A DNA stretch of 64,000 nucleotides, from the NCBI RefSeq assembly GCF_006345805.1, contig NC_043023.1:19902001-19966000 (forward strand), read 5' to 3'. Shown piece after piece: positions 23,031-37,071 of this stretch. Positions within the stretch are counted from its first letter, which is position 1, and each line of letters opens with the position of its first letter. The translations under genes and the position numbers were made by a program. The notes beneath the pieces were generated by a model, which worked only from the letters and a program-made list of their open reading frames with translations, was not told the DNA's origin and searched no databases. This DNA comes from Octopus sinensis. Its lineage: Eukaryota.

Positions 23031-23565
23031 CACCCTGAATTTTTATTCAACCACCGCCACTTTGGAGAGGCCTGTCTTAAACCACAACAGGACAAAGTGA
23101 GATATATCCTTAGATACATCATGTATTATATAGAAATACTATGTCTATAGGATATATAAAGGGAAAAGACATCAATATATATATATACCAGGCATTCTAC
23201 TCTCAGATAAAAATGAAGGTAGATAACTATCAATATAGCAGAAGATATTAAAGCTGTCTATATAACAATGGGGTTGTTTAGGGAGGGGATTAGATATACA
23301 ACAGCAACAACAATAAATGAACATTTCAAAGTTTGTCTTTATTTTAAATGTGAATTTTTAACAAAGGAGCCAAACCAGTGATATACCTGCTAGAATTAGT
23401 AGCTAAATTCACACGATATCACTGTACAGAAGGGCATATTGGACAATGTGGTTGTGGGTTCTCTTTGGAAATAGGCATGATGGTCCTGGCTGGAATGCGT
23501 TTGATCATAAGTCTCTGTTTGGTCAAGGTTAATCTGAGGCTAAACAACAACAGTTACACAGAAAT

Positions 23566-23765
23566 TCACTTTGCGTCTAATGATAGACATTCCATCGCAG
23601 CGACACATTCAGCTTCTTCAAGAGCTGCATGTAATGTTGCGTGTGTCCGTGTTTCTGGGTCGCAATTCCTGAACCATTCGTAAAGCATCAGGTAGCCTTG
23701 TTTTACAGCGTCAATAGACTCATCATCAATTTTCAGTTCAGTTGTATCAACTCCTAAAAAAATCG
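23566..23765 (-). CDS. Last exon of RING + death-domain protein (death domain C-terminal part)
   Basis: ttttgcag acceptor; AIFLGVDTTEL...GYLMLYEWFRN..RTHATLHAALEEAEC..* ; AATAAA at 23338-23343 (minus). Confidence 0.85.
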
Positions 23766-24049
23766 CTGCAAAAGACAACAATAAGAAATAAATGCAACAA
23801 CATTGACAATAACATAAAACTGTACTGTAGGTTGTTATGAATATAACAAACAAAATTTATCAATAGAGAAATAAAAAAAAGAAATAGCTATGAAACATGA
23901 AAAATATAAGACAATGTTTTCTATTGACAAAAATTACAAAGAGTTTGAATTAAACGAGATTTTTAAAGAAAATTAATTGAAAATTATACTTGAGAAAATA
24001 TATGGTAAACGAGGGCAGGAAAACTTTTGTGAAGGCAAAAGTATATCAG

Positions 24050-24950
24050 AACCTCAAGAATTAACATTGACCTCCAACAGTGAAAGCATATGATCCATCC
24101 ATTTCCTCTGCTCAATATTCTTGAAAGGGCTGTGGGGAAAGAGTCCTCAGGCACCTCCTCCATAGGGTCCAATCAGAAGCTTCCATCATTAGACATTCTG
24201 CTTGTATTCTATGATGTGAAGAACTAAGACTATGGATATCATCCAACCATTTCTTTCTTGGCCTCCCCCTCGGTATCCTGTTCCATTGGTGTGACTTTGA
24301 GAACCTGTCCTGTAATTCATTGCTGCAACACCCTGATCACATGTCCGAGGTACCACAGATTTGGAGGAGATGTGGCTCAACCTGGAGAGACTCCCAGATC
24401 TCTGAACTGTAAATCCTATTGAGTACCAAAGACCCTTTAGAAGAACCCCATACATCTGTCATATTCTGTTAGATTTCAGACCTGGTATTCAAAGGGTCAT
24501 GAAAGTACTGTCCCTCTGTACCATCTACTACCTTGCAAAGATCCCAAGAGGACACTGGAAATCGAATGATCAGTGATTGTCCAACAGTCGATAATTCTAA
24601 GTCAAATTCAATCCCATTTCAAACTTCTCCAATGAACTCCAGGTTCGATCAATTCTTCAAAGCCTATTCAGTTATTATTATGTCAGTCTCAATGAGAGAT
24701 GCCACCTCCAGTTCGGCTTGACTTGTGAATGTTCATTTTCTGGTAAATTCCCTTAAAGGAATTCTCTGTTTTCGCCTGAGGAGAATGATAGGATTTCGCT
24801 GTGTCACCTTTATTAAATTTCTTTTTATTGAAGCATTTACAGACATATGTCATGTGGTAAAGTCATTGCAAAATGGCAAAATAAATTGGAATTATCAGCT
24901 TCCAACACAATAACCCAATAAATAATGGCTGCAAGAAGAACCAAACCCAA
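24050..24950 (-). pseudogene. Probable highly decayed LINE fragment in intron
   Basis: Only weak RT-like peptide remnants; family not assignable. Confidence 0.3.
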
Positions 24951-25323
24951 AGTCTTCTGTTTGAAGAAAGATGCTTTGTTTTAGATGTTAACTTTGGTAC
25001 TTGTCCTTCATTACAATAACCTAACAGTGAACCTAAAGAAAATGTAAAACAAATTCACTCACCTGTTTACCCTTAAACAATATATTTTAGTTCCCTCTTC
25101 CAAAAGATAATATTAAACGCCATTTGTATTTTCTAGTTTATCCATTATTACCAACCAAGTTAATCTCAGTGGGTATTTTATGAAACATCAGGAATATCGT
25201 AAATAAAATTGTCATACAGGTAACCTATCAATTGGAAATTAGAAATGGAACCTGATCTCAGTCATTTTAACAAATAAAATAGCTCAAGTGAAAGTAAAAT
25301 ATATAGAAATCAAATATACTCAC

Positions 25324-25395
25324 CCACTTGCCACCAATCACGTCCTAACCTCTTAGCCACTCTCAGAAGATCCCTCTCCTTCAGAACTGGACTCC
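25324..25395 (-). CDS. Exon of RING + death-domain protein (death domain N-terminus)
   Basis: atttcag acceptor, gtgagt donor, 72 nt phase 1-1; SPVLKERDLLRVAKRLGRDWWQV. Confidence 0.85.
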
Positions 25396-27879
25396 CTGAA
25401 ATAAATATTTCCAAGTTTTATAATTGATTGTAAAACTTATTTATCTCTATAATATTCTGTAGTTTATTGTTGTGGGACATTGTTATCATCAGTGGTTGGC
25501 TGGTGACCACTAGGGTTTTGCTCAGTATTTTTATACTTTCCATTGTGGGGGACCATGTAATAGCTCAATATTTAGGCCCGCAACAAAATAGACTAACTTT
25601 CCGAAACCTTGTTTCTCTTTAACAGAGACATCCTACATAATCTAACAATGTTGCAATTATTTCATTTAATTATCATTTCATGAGACTGTTTCTTCTCATA
25701 GTTCTCTCTCTCCTTTCATATATCTGTACCAAATCTATGACATGTGACTGTCCTCTGAACTCTAGACTTCACTAACCACCATTTTCCTCATCTTCTGCTA
25801 AAGTCCAATATCATCCAATGTGGTCTCCAAAGATCTCGTCACAAATGCATGACACACCACTTCAAGTAAAATAAACGTAATACCTGTTCTCTTTGCTGTT
25901 GGAAATCTTGAATTTTATCATCCCACATCCCAGGTCACCTGGTCATTATCTGGTGCAGGGAATATTTTAAGACTCCTTAATAAAGGTGAACAATGATCAG
26001 TTCTCCACAGATGAAATAAAAAGTGATATCAGGTGTCCTAAAACAATGTACACTTGCACAAAACCCCATTCACTACATACAACTGGACATCTACACATTA
26101 TTGCAGTGAAGACATATGAAATGGTACAAAAGGACTGATACTCAAAAATAAATAAGAAAGACGGGAATACAAAGTGCGAGCTCCAAATCTTTTATTTTCC
26201 AGAATGTTTGGCATATTTATTTCTTTTAACCCATCTTCGTTCTGTGACTTGATCTCAATACCTTTACTCTTATTGCAAAATTAGGTAGTTTACCATCGTC
26301 GTAATAGTTTTTCAAGTTTCCCTTTAAACTTCATCAGGGTTTCTCCTGCTATTTTGACCTTCACTTGTTTCTGCTGACCTTTCACAAACGACAGGCTGCA
26401 TTACTCATTTGCATTGAACCACATTCTTCACCAAGTTCCTCAGTCTACCCAGATAATCCAGAACTATTTGCATATCCTTTTATTTGTTGTTACTATTGTT
26501 ATGTAATCCCTTAATGTCTTCTCGAGTGTTTTCCTTTGAGCCATTTCTTATCAATCTGCTGATTTAAGTAACATCTCCATAACAATCACAAACCAAATGA
26601 CTGATATTGTAGAAACTACAGCAATTCCCGTTTCAAAATGATACCAGTCTGCCGAGAAATTTGTTATAGCAGCTCCTCATCAGATCCTTAATCTTTTCTC
26701 ATATATAAAACAGGTCCACTGCTTCCATCAACAACTTGTTTGCTAGAGAACCATAAACCAGATCAAATCACACAACATTCAATCCCTTTTATTCTTCTTT
26801 CCGTCTTGTATCACATCCTAGATTTAAGACACATGTTCCACACAGCCAGGAATGCCAGAGGATTCCAGTCTTTGAGATACTTTTAGTCCCATATTCATTA
26901 TTCTGTAGATTTACAGTTGATCTCTTTGTGAATACAACCTTGTAAATCTTGCCATTTATATTCAAGGTTGAAATTAGTCTGAACTAATCAATCAGTATTT
27001 GATTGCTGGTTTCAATGGACATTTCAAACTGTCTATGAATGGGAATCATTGCTTTTGCTTTGGATCTCCTGCATATATCCATCCAGTTCATCTTTATTGT
27101 ATTTTAGCTTTCTGTTCTCAGTATCTGCAAACAGAATTTCCTTGTAGAAGTTAAAGAGGAGCGTTTAATTTTGTTAACGACATGATCATTTTTCTAGAGC
27201 TTTTGGAGCAAAATTGTGCCCAAGGCCCTTTTTAAAGTGGTTAATGTTAGGAAAGGCACATCACCATAGAAAAGCCGGAATGTGTTCCTCATCCAATCAA
27301 GGCGAACAGTATTTGTTAATAAGAACTGACATGGATAGGAATCATCCATCCAATCGATAGGAGCATAGACATCAGATGATAAATGATGAGGGTCATCAGT
27401 GTCTATCTTGGAGAGAGAGGGAGAGAGAGAACGGTTGTCTCAACATCAAACCTAATGCTTTTACATGGATAAAGACAATGTTTAGGGGATGTAATGATAA
27501 ATTTATTATCAGTGAAAAAAAAAGGCAGGGTGTTCACATAAGGAACACATTTCATTGTAAATCGGTCACATTATGAGAGATATTTGCCTAAATAGCAACA
27601 ACAGCAATAACCTATCAGTAAACTTAGTAACTACATATTTTAGTCCTCCATTTCAAAATACAGTATTCTATTGTCTTCTAAATTATCCATTTTCCGAACC
27701 ATGCCAACCCCGTTTACTATTTTGTGAAATTCCATTTCAAAATGTCTAATAGAATACAGCTAATATTTCAGATGTAAATTAGGAATGGATTTTGTCCTCA
27801 GTCATTCTGATAAACTACAAATGCTCAGGTGAAGGTTAAATTTATAGAAATCCATGAGGTACTGTTATTTGCTACTCAC

Positions 27880-27927
27880 CAACTGGCTGTGATGTTGTCA
27901 AGGCATCCTTCACAGAAGTTGGAGTCT
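27880..27927 (-). CDS. Candidate linker exon (ETPTSVKDALTTSQPV) with non-canonical AA acceptor
   Basis: Strong gtgagt donor; flanks homologous to those of exon 25324-25395; in-frame acceptor reads tttcAA. Confidence 0.45.
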
Positions 27928-29752
27928 TTGAAATGAATATTTTCAAGTTTTACGTTTTATAGTATAATTTCATTATAGTTATTGATAATCAACACTTTAT
28001 TATTGTGGGAAGGGCATACAGCTGTAAAAACTAGTTCGTAGGGATGTGGTTGTGTACCCATGTAAAAGTTATGTTTACTTTGAGGGTAACAAGGTGTAAA
28101 ATATCAGATGAGGGTACAAGATAATGCTATGAAACTTTCAGACAGACAAGTTTAAGAGAGTTAATGATGCTGGAATGGGTTGGAAAACTTGACAGGATCT
28201 GACAAGCCAGACAACTGCACCAGGCCTGTGTACGGACAGATGTACAACACAATAATGAAAGATAGGCTGTGAAGATAGAAGACATGCAAAGGGTTGGAGA
28301 CAAATGAAGCCAGCATGCTTCACTGGATGTACAACATCAGTGTTCAGGTAAGTCGCAGTGGAAATGTCTTAAGAGAAAATCTGGGTATAAGAGTCATCCA
28401 ATGTAGAGTTCAAAAGAGAGATCTTTCATAGTATGGTTATGTGATGCATATGGATGAGGTGATCAGCATAAAGAGATGCGGATCTCTAAATGTGGAGAGA
28501 AGCTGAGGAAGAGGAAGACTGAGGAAGACATGGGACAAAGTGGTGAGAAATGAGCTTCACACGGGAAGATAACTAAAACGACTGAGACAATCAGCAATTT
28601 TCTGTGCTTGAAAAGACCCAACTGGCTAAGTAACATCGAGGCCATCAAGGCATGTCCTTTATGTGCATACCTTCCACCCTGAACACAATCCGTCCCCTAA
28701 AAAACATCCCCAACAACCTAGAAACCATACACTCTTTCCCCACCATGATCCCTAACAAGGTGTAAAATGTTAGGTGAGGGTACACGATGTCCCTATGACA
28801 AAATAAGTTTACATTTCAGACATAAAACTGTAAGAGAGTTAATGAATTATAGCTTATTAATTATCATGATAATTGGGTATATATGTGATACAATGGCACT
28901 GTGCTTGACGGTGCAATACTAGATATCAATATAGATTGTATATAATCTGAGTAAAGAACATATAGCCTTCATTACAATGAATATGATTGTGTCTCAGCAC
29001 AGCTAATATTATGGTCGTTCCATGAGCAAACGAAGAAAGATATAACCAAGTCCACTGCCAAATACTAATAATCAATTCATTTCCTGGTCAAATAACAATG
29101 ACTATCTTTCATTAAATAATTTGAATGCAACAATCAAGACCAAAGGGTGAAACACTCAGAAAACTGTGCCTCTTTTAGCATTAATATCATCTAAAATCTA
29201 ACAAGAGTGAGAAAAAGAATGACTATATGGATGGTAAATGCTGTCCAAACAATGTAATAAGTGTATATTATATATAGTTACAAACAAGGATTTGTGAGAT
29301 CAAGTCACACAGGGAACTCATATTTTATTCCTATCTTTATATTTTATGTCAACACCAATGTTTTGTTTAAATGCAAATAGATGTTCACCGTTCAATACTA
29401 AATTTGATATTTAATCAACGTTAATGATCATTATACTTATACTCTTAGAGATTTGATTTTTAATCTTGTTAATTTCTTATAATTCAGGGTACTACCTAAA
29501 GAGACATTCAGGGTACGTACCTAAACAACATATCCTGACAGACATCTTGAAGTGTGACATCTTAAAATTAGGTAAAGGCAATATTTAGTGGATGTAGTGA
29601 TAGATATACTGTAACAAAGAAAAGGCCTCAGGAACACCTATCATAAATCTGTCATATTAAGACATACCTGGGTCTACACGAAAGCTTGAAGCACATTATT
29701 CCACACAATAAGGTCAACAAGACAACAAACAGAGCCCCAAAGATTATCTTAC

Positions 29753-29895
29753 CAAATTCACTTTTGCTGAGGGTGTATTCTCGACACATGGGGCATCTCT
29801 TAAATGTCATTTCAGAAGAACAATTCTTGCAGAGAACAAGATCTCCACATGGTTGCAGTGTCACAGTGGCCATGTTCTCTTGACACCAGCGACAT
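29753..29895 (-). CDS. RING-finger exon (Mind-bomb/IAP-like C3HC4 type) of RING + death-domain protein; upstream exons not found
   Basis: ccatag acceptor, gtaag donor; CRWC-x11-CGD-x3-CKNC-x8-CPMCR; phase compatible with exon 25324-25395. Confidence 0.85.
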
Positions 29896-30239
29896 CTATG
29901 GAACAAAATATAAACACATTTCATCAATAACATTCATGTATAACAATATTTACATGGTATACATGTTTACAGCACAAAATATTATGAAACTCTGCCGTGA
30001 CTTCCATGAGTGTTTCACAATTTCTATTTTAAAGAACCACGTTCGGACAGATTTATGTGTGTATAAGTGCTACGCAGACACACACACGTATATATTTATA
30101 CAGATTTTGTTAAATATACGTCTTGACTCTGATATATTACAAAAGCAGTGCACCACATATATTCCAAAACCATACTTCACTTCTAGACTCCATTTCTGCT
30201 GAACAAAACTATATATGTACACAACTTTGTGTCTATATA

Positions 30240-31045
30240 CGAGGTCTGATCAATAAGTATCCGGACTGTTGCTATAGTAACGAAGCAAAAACACGCAGAG
30301 AAAAGCCGCTTGGCAAAGATTGATCTCAACCTGTGCTGTACATGCGCACTAATATTTTATGTTCTAGCTCATATTCGCTGTTTACAGCAGTGCTTGGAAG
30401 CCTACGTAAAGTTGCAGAAAGTGTATGGAGAGGAGTGTATGAGCAACACACACATGTAAGAGTGGTTCAGACATTTTAAGTATGGCCGTAAATGTCGATA
30501 TTGACGAAAATTCTGGAAGATCTGCAATGAGCAGAACTGAGAAAAAAAATTGCTGATGGGCGTCCAGTTGTGTGGGTAAACCGTCGAATTACCATCCTTG
30601 AATTATCAGAGGATGTGCAGGTTTGTTACGGTTCGGTCCATTACCACAGAAGATTTGGGTATGAGACGCCTGTCTGCCAAAACAGCTTTCAGCAGACCAA
30701 AACGACACACGGGTTTCAGTTGCACAAGATGTCCTTGATTGTGTCAGGGACGATAAAAACTTATTGAAAACTTTCTATGGCCCTCTGAGCAGGAATCGTC
30801 AAACTTTTGACAAAATTTGATGCAGATTCTCTGCTCAGCTTTCTATATCATTGTCAATGTGACGATCACACGCTACACACCTTCCTTTCAAGCACTGCTG
30901 TAAACAGTGGAATTGCGCTAGAAAGTTAAAACTTAGCGTGCATGCACAACAGAGATAAAGGTCAATCTGTGCCAAGCAACTTCACTCTGTGTACTTTAGC
31001 TTTGTTACTATGGCAACAGTCTGGATACTTATTGATAAGATCATG
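30240..31045 (+). mobile_element. Internally deleted mariner element with long TIRs
   Basis: TA-flanked ends cgaggtctgatcaataagtatccggactg / cagtctggatacttattgataagatcatg; inverted homology ~160 bp; remnants LQKVYGEECMS..EWFRHFK and NRRITILELSE. Confidence 0.85.
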
Positions 31046-31459
31046 TACAACCATTAATATATGTATATATAAAACACTTCATTGTATCTAATCTGTTTCA
31101 CAAGTCCTCTATATTTAGACATCTGGTTTGTATGTATATATACGTATATTCATTAATTTTGCCCGTCCAAGTCCTCGCTCCCTCGTCTATCAACCTTCGC
31201 GTATTCGCGGTGCACCCGCCCTGCCCACCCCCACCACCAATACCGGATATCTCTATATTTTTGCTCCATCTATACCGGATGTCGCTTCTCCCACCACCAT
31301 TATAGGTGTCTACTCTTCGAACCCCCCTCTTCAATACGCTATTTCACCATGCATTACCCCTCTCGTGATATCCTACGTTCTACTTGTCTAGAACCTGTCA
31401 TCGTTTCTCTGAACACCCCTCCCCACTGGTGCCTCCCTATATTTCTGCACCCCCCCCCA

Positions 31460-31760
31460 TAAAAAGCACCATCTGAACGTGGCCGATGCCAGCAACCGCA
31501 CCGACTGGCTTCTGTGCAGGTGGCACATAAAAAGCACCAACCGACCGTGGCCGATGCCAGACCCCTCTGGCACCTGTGCAGGTGGCACGTAAAAATCACC
31601 CACTACACTCGCGGAGTGGTTGGCGTTAGGAAGGGCATCCAGCTGTAGAAACACTGCCAGACCAGACTGGAGCCTGGGGCAGCCCCTGGCTCCCCAGACC
31701 CCGGTCGAAACCGTCCAACCCGTGCTAGCGCGGAAAACGGACGTTAAACGATGATGATGA
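31460..31760 (+). mobile_element. SINE/RTE-related repeat 3' part with (GAT)n tail
   Basis: Same family as 22040-22321. Confidence 0.75.
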
Positions 31761-32276
31761 TATATATATGAAGTGGGGGGTTCTTTTTGAAATAACCCTG
31801 AAATCGGTCCGATATGGTAATAATGGAATTTTTTTTAGAAATTTCTGTCGACCTTTTTTCGAGTAGTGTGCATACTGAGAAAAAAATTATATGGTAAATG
31901 GACAATATGTCCAATTTTTCAGTATATTTGGCATTAGAAATTTTTTCGGTTGCCCTTATTTATAAGTTGTTTATATTTATGTATATACATATAAATTAAA
32001 TTAGGCAAATCAAACAGTGAAAAACATAAACCAAAACATAGAAATAAAAATAATTAATATAATATACAAAATATGTAAAATATAAAATTTAAAATTAAAG
32101 ATTTTAAATTATTAATTTATATTTATAAATTTATATATATATACATTTATATATCAAATATATATACCTATCAACAAGTATTAAAAAGTTTAATATAAGA
32201 TAAAAAGATAAATATATGTTTGTGTGTATATACATATATATGTTAGTATATATCTATGTATCTATGTATGCGTGTA

Positions 32277-32357
32277 TAAATGCCATAGATGAAGTGGATA
32301 CAAACTCAATTGCTGGTCCAGATGGTTTCCAGCAATCCTCCTCAAAGCGTGTAAGCA
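32277..32357 (+). pseudogene. LINE ORF2 fragment (AIDEVDTNSIAGPDGF..ILLKACK) running into the gap
   Basis: GPDG motif typical of the region preceding the RT domain; one frameshift. Confidence 0.6.
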
Positions 32358-32457
32358 NNNNNNNNNNNNNNNNNNNNNNNNNNNNNNNNNNNNNNNNNNN
32401 NNNNNNNNNNNNNNNNNNNNNNNNNNNNNNNNNNNNNNNNNNNNNNNNNNNNNNNNN
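32358..32457. other. Assembly gap (100 N)
   Basis: Seen directly. Confidence 1.
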
Positions 32458-32469
32458 AGGCCCACCAAA

Positions 32470-33760
32470 CCCCCCCACTGTCACCAGTACCTCCACGCAG
32501 CCACAACCACCACCACCACTGTCACCATTACCTCCACCGCAGCCACAACCACCACCACCACTGTCACCATTACCTCCACCGCAGCCACCACCACCACCAC
32601 CCCCACTGTCACCAGTACCTCCACCGCAGCCACCACCACCACCCCCACTGTCACCAGTACCTCCACCGCAGCCACAACCACCACCACCACTGTCACCATT
32701 ACCTCCACCGCAGCCACCACCACCACCCCCACTGTCACCAGTACCTCCACCGCAAGCCACCACAACACCCCACTGTCCACCAGTACCTCCACCGCAGCCA
32801 CCACCACCACACCATGTCACCATTACTCCACCGCAGCCACAACCACCACCACCACTGTCACCAGTACTTCCACCGCAGCCACAACCACCCACACTGTCAC
32901 CAGTAACCTCCACCGCAGCCACAACCACCACCACCACTGTCACCAGTACCTCCACCGCAGCCACAACCACCACCCCCACTGTCACCATTACCTCCACCGC
33001 AGCCACCACCACCACCCCCACTGTCACCAGTACCTCCACCGCAGCCACAACCACCACCACCACTGTCACCATTACCTCCACCGCAGCCACCACCACCACC
33101 CCCACTGTCACCAGTACCTCCACCGCAGCCACCACCACCACCCCCACTGTCACCAGTACCTCCACCGCAGCCACCACCACCACCACCACTGTCACCATTA
33201 CCTCCACCGCAGCCACAACCACCACCACCACTGTCACCAGTACCTCCACCGCAGCCACAACCACCACCACCACTGTCACCAGTACCTCCACCGCAGCCAC
33301 AACCACCACCACCACTGTCACCAGTACCTCACCGCAGCCACAAACCACACCCCACTGTCACCATTACCTCCACCGCAGCCACCACCACCACCCCCACTGT
33401 CACCAGTACCTCCACCGCAGCCACAACCACCACCACCACTGTCACCATTACCTCCACCGCAGCCACCACCACCACCCCCACTGTCACCAGTACCTCCACC
33501 GCAGCCACCACCACCACCCCCACTTTCACCAGTACCTCCACTGCAGCCACAACCACCACCACCACTGTCACCATTACCTCCACCGCAGCCACCACCACCA
33601 CAACACTGTCACAGTACCTCCACCGCAGCCACCACCACCACTGTCACCATTACCTCCACCGCAGCCACAACCACCACCACCACTGTCACCATTACCTCTA
33701 CCGCAGCCACAACCACCACCACCACTTTCACCGCTACCTCCACCGCAGCCACCACCACAC
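32470..33760. repeat. 39-bp CCA-rich minisatellite (ccaccactgtcaccagtacctccaccgcagccacaacca); also ~40120, 43540, 49310-49780, 53920, 58955-59220
   Basis: Seen directly. Confidence 0.95.
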
Positions 33761-34202
33761 CACCATCAACTACAAACAACAACAACAACAACAACAGCAA
33801 CAATAACACAAGCACTCCGGCGGCATTATGTTCATAACTTCCACAGCCAACCTCACCACCACCACCACCACCAACCACCACCACCACCACACATCACACC
33901 ACCTCTATACTATCTCCTACACTTCCCAACCACACTTCCGAACCATTCCCCTTTGATTCCGCCACGGCTATCACCACAAGACCAGATGAACAAAAACGTT
34001 TGTATTTGTATTGTATGAACATAGATATATTTATATACATTTACAGAGTGTGTCAGGACTTTTAATATACCTACATGCATGCATATATACATATTGCATA
34101 CACACAGACACAGACACAGACACATATATACATGCATATATAATATATATAATATATATATATATATAATATATGTTATATATACATATGTATTATTATT
34201 AA

Positions 34203-34812
34203 CTAGCAGTATCGCCCGGCGTTGCTCGGGTTTGTAAGGGAAATAACTATAACCATTTTTAGAGAGTTTATAGCCAAAAAATAGGAAAAAATGATGGTAA
34301 ATTTTTTTAAATCGTGACTATTCGTAGACATTTTTAGAGAGTTACTTCCCTTATATAATAGCGAAAAAATGCATTAAAATGGAAAAAAAACGATGGTAAA
34401 TTTTTTTTTAAATCGTAGACTCATGTAGACGCTTTCTTAGCCATTTCTGTTTTTTGTGTCTTCAAGCCATGAAGTCGTGTTCTAAAAGAACGCTGGTCTC
34501 CTTGAACGCAACGCACTACGACGTTGATTTCCTTACACTCCCTTCCCCACAGGTGCAGGTGTGAGCGTGGACGCCAACTCCGCCGCCAATCGACACACGA
34601 AAAATTATGCATTAAAATGGATAAAAAATGATGTTAAATGATTTTAAAATCGTAGATAGACTCATCTAGACGCGCGCGATAATACCCAGACGGGCTCGAC
34701 TATAAGTACCCGAATTGTGGTTAAACTGCACCGCCAAATGTGTGCGGGAGTAGTTAGGAATCTAAATCGAAGGGGACAGACACTCACACAACTACAGTTT
34801 TATATATATAGA
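34203..34812 (-). mobile_element. Non-autonomous Helitron
   Basis: Minus strand begins TC(tatatatataaaa), ends with GC hairpin cccgagcaacgccggg + CTAG, inserted between A and T. Confidence 0.8.
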
Positions 34813-34879
34813 TATACATAGCGCAGTAGTGGTGAGATATGACAGCAAAGAAAAGCATACATTCACTCTCTGCATGCAA

Positions 34880-35230
34880 TTAGACTCGGAAAGTTCGTGA
34901 GGAAACCCATTGACCCAATTTGCTGACTTTTCCGATAGCACACAGGTGTCATGAATGGTTGAATGACCAATCCAAGCTTCTCTGCTAGTTCCTCAACAGT
35001 TACGATGATAATTTTGTTCCACCATGGTTTTCAGGATGTCCTTGTCGAGTTCTACAGATCTTTCAGGATGAGGCTCGTCTTCTAGGCTGTAGTTTATGAC
35101 TCGGGATTTCTGGAACCACCATTGACACTGCCTTACGCTTATTGTCCAATCCCCATATACTGCATTAATATTTCTTGTACTTTGCACACATTTAGATTCT
35201 GTTATTCTTTTAATTGTTTCAGCCTTGAGG
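34880..35230 (-). pseudogene. Mariner transposase N-terminal fragment
   Basis: TRNINAVYGDWTISVRQCQWWFQK...SLEDEPHPERS motif. Confidence 0.8.
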
Positions 35231-35501
35231 TTGTGGCCATGCTGGATCATGTGTTGTGTGTGTGTGGTGGTGTCTATCTGTCTGTCTGTCTGTATGTATA
35301 TATGTATATGTATGTGTGTGAACAATAATATTTTCAACAGATGTGTTGCAAATGTATCTGATTGTTCTCAAGCTTCAATACTGTGTGTGTGTGTATGTAT
35401 GTGTATGTATGTATGTATGTATATGTATGTATGTGTGTATATGTATGTATGTATGTATGTGTGTGTGTATGTATGTGTGTGTGTATGTATGTGTGTGTGT
35501 A

Positions 35502-35536
<35 letters not shown>

Positions 35537-35676
35537 ATGTATGTATGTATGTATGTATGTATGTATGTATGTTTACTTTATTACTAATTACTCTCTTCCA
35601 AGAACATTTTCACTCACTCTTAGCTCTTAGCTTCCCATACATTTTACTCATGTATCTATCAGCGTCATAGACAGAA

Positions 35677-35986
35677 TACTTTCACTTTAGTCTTCCTCAA
35701 ATAACTCTGTCGCTATTTACTTTCATTTTATTCGTTGCCCACTGTGTGTGTGCGTTTGCGTGTGGTGTAAACCAGACTAAGAAAAGCATTTGACACACAC
35801 ACCAGAAAGTGAGTTTTCTGTAATTTTGCTTAATTGGAGTTTAATTTTAAAAAACTGGACCTGGCATGACGCGATGCATTGTACTCTCAAAAATGCTAGG
35901 TAAATTGTAATTGAAGAAATCCTATATTGTAGATTTCTATAACTCCCAAAGGGAGGCAGCTAAAATCTGCCTTTTATAATAAGAGA
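35677..35986 (-). mobile_element. Helitron 5' terminal fragment, homologous to 61738-62042
   Basis: Shared sequence and TC start with aggcag..ctgcct subterminal hairpin. Confidence 0.7.
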
Positions 35987-35996
35987 TATATATGTA

Positions 35997-36085
<89 letters not shown>

Positions 36086-36458
36086 TTATATATATATATG
36101 TATATATATATATATAAATATATTTGAAATTTTCTATATCTCTTTTTGTCTTTTTTACTATTACTGTATATTTTGTATAATGCCTTTACTCATATGTATG
36201 GTGTATTAAAGTATTGATTGGGTATCATCGGATAGTTGATGTTTTTTTGATTTAAGTATGTTTCTCCATTCTCTAATTTGTAGTATTAATTTACGGTAAT
36301 ATTATTACCTTTACCCATATAATACAATAGATGAACTGATTGTTTGACAATTTTTAACATCTATGTATTAGTCTTGTTGGGTACCTATCTGGCAGTATAT
36401 TGGATATATATTATCCCATGGTGGGTTGAATTTTCAACCCCTATCTCATTTTAAAACC

Positions 36459-36489
<31 letters not shown>

Positions 36490-36490
36490 G

Positions 36491-36522
<32 letters not shown>

Positions 36523-36652
36523 ATATATATATATGTTTTATTTATATTTCCTGAGCGCCATACTAATACAATTGTTCGTTTGTCTTCCACCTGCCTTCGT
36601 CTTTTGTTTATTTTCATAAAGCTTCCCGTTATATATATATATATATAAAATA

Positions 36653-36816
36653 GGCGTAGGAGTGGCTGTGTGGTAAGTAGCTTGCTAACCAACCACATTG
36701 TTCCGGGTTCAGTCCCACTGTGTGGCATCTTGGGCAAGTGTCTTCTGCTATAGCCCCGGGCCGACCAATGCCTTGTGAGTGGATTTGGTAGACGGAAACT
36801 GAAAGAAGCCGTTGTA

Positions 36817-36865
<49 letters not shown>

Positions 36866-37036
36866 TGTGGTGTGTCTGTGTTTGTCCCCCTAGCATTGAT
36901 TGACAACAGATGCTGGTGTGTTTACGTCCCCGTCACTTAGCGGTTCGGCAAAAGAGACCGATAGAATAAGTACTGGGCTTACAAAGAATAAGTCCCGGGG
37001 TCAATTTGGTCGACTAGAGGCGGTGCTCCAGCATGG
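36653..37036 (+). mobile_element. tRNA-derived SINE (octopus OR-type), one per macrosatellite unit
   Basis: A-box gtggctgtgtggt, B-box-like gggttcagtccc, cttgggcaagt core, internal (TA)n. Confidence 0.8.
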
Positions 37037-37067
<31 letters not shown>

Positions 37068-37071
37068 CAAC

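Noticed and set aside
26100-27420. Possible decayed retroelement ORF in intron
   Set aside because: No motif could be read with enough confidence to call.
32216-34018. 600-aa Pro/Thr/His-rich ORF resembling extensin or mucin
   Set aside because: Translation of a 39-bp minisatellite open in several frames, crossing an N gap; recurs in each macrosatellite unit.
36653-36725. tRNA gene
   Set aside because: SINE head with Pol III boxes; no complete cloverleaf and continues into SINE body.
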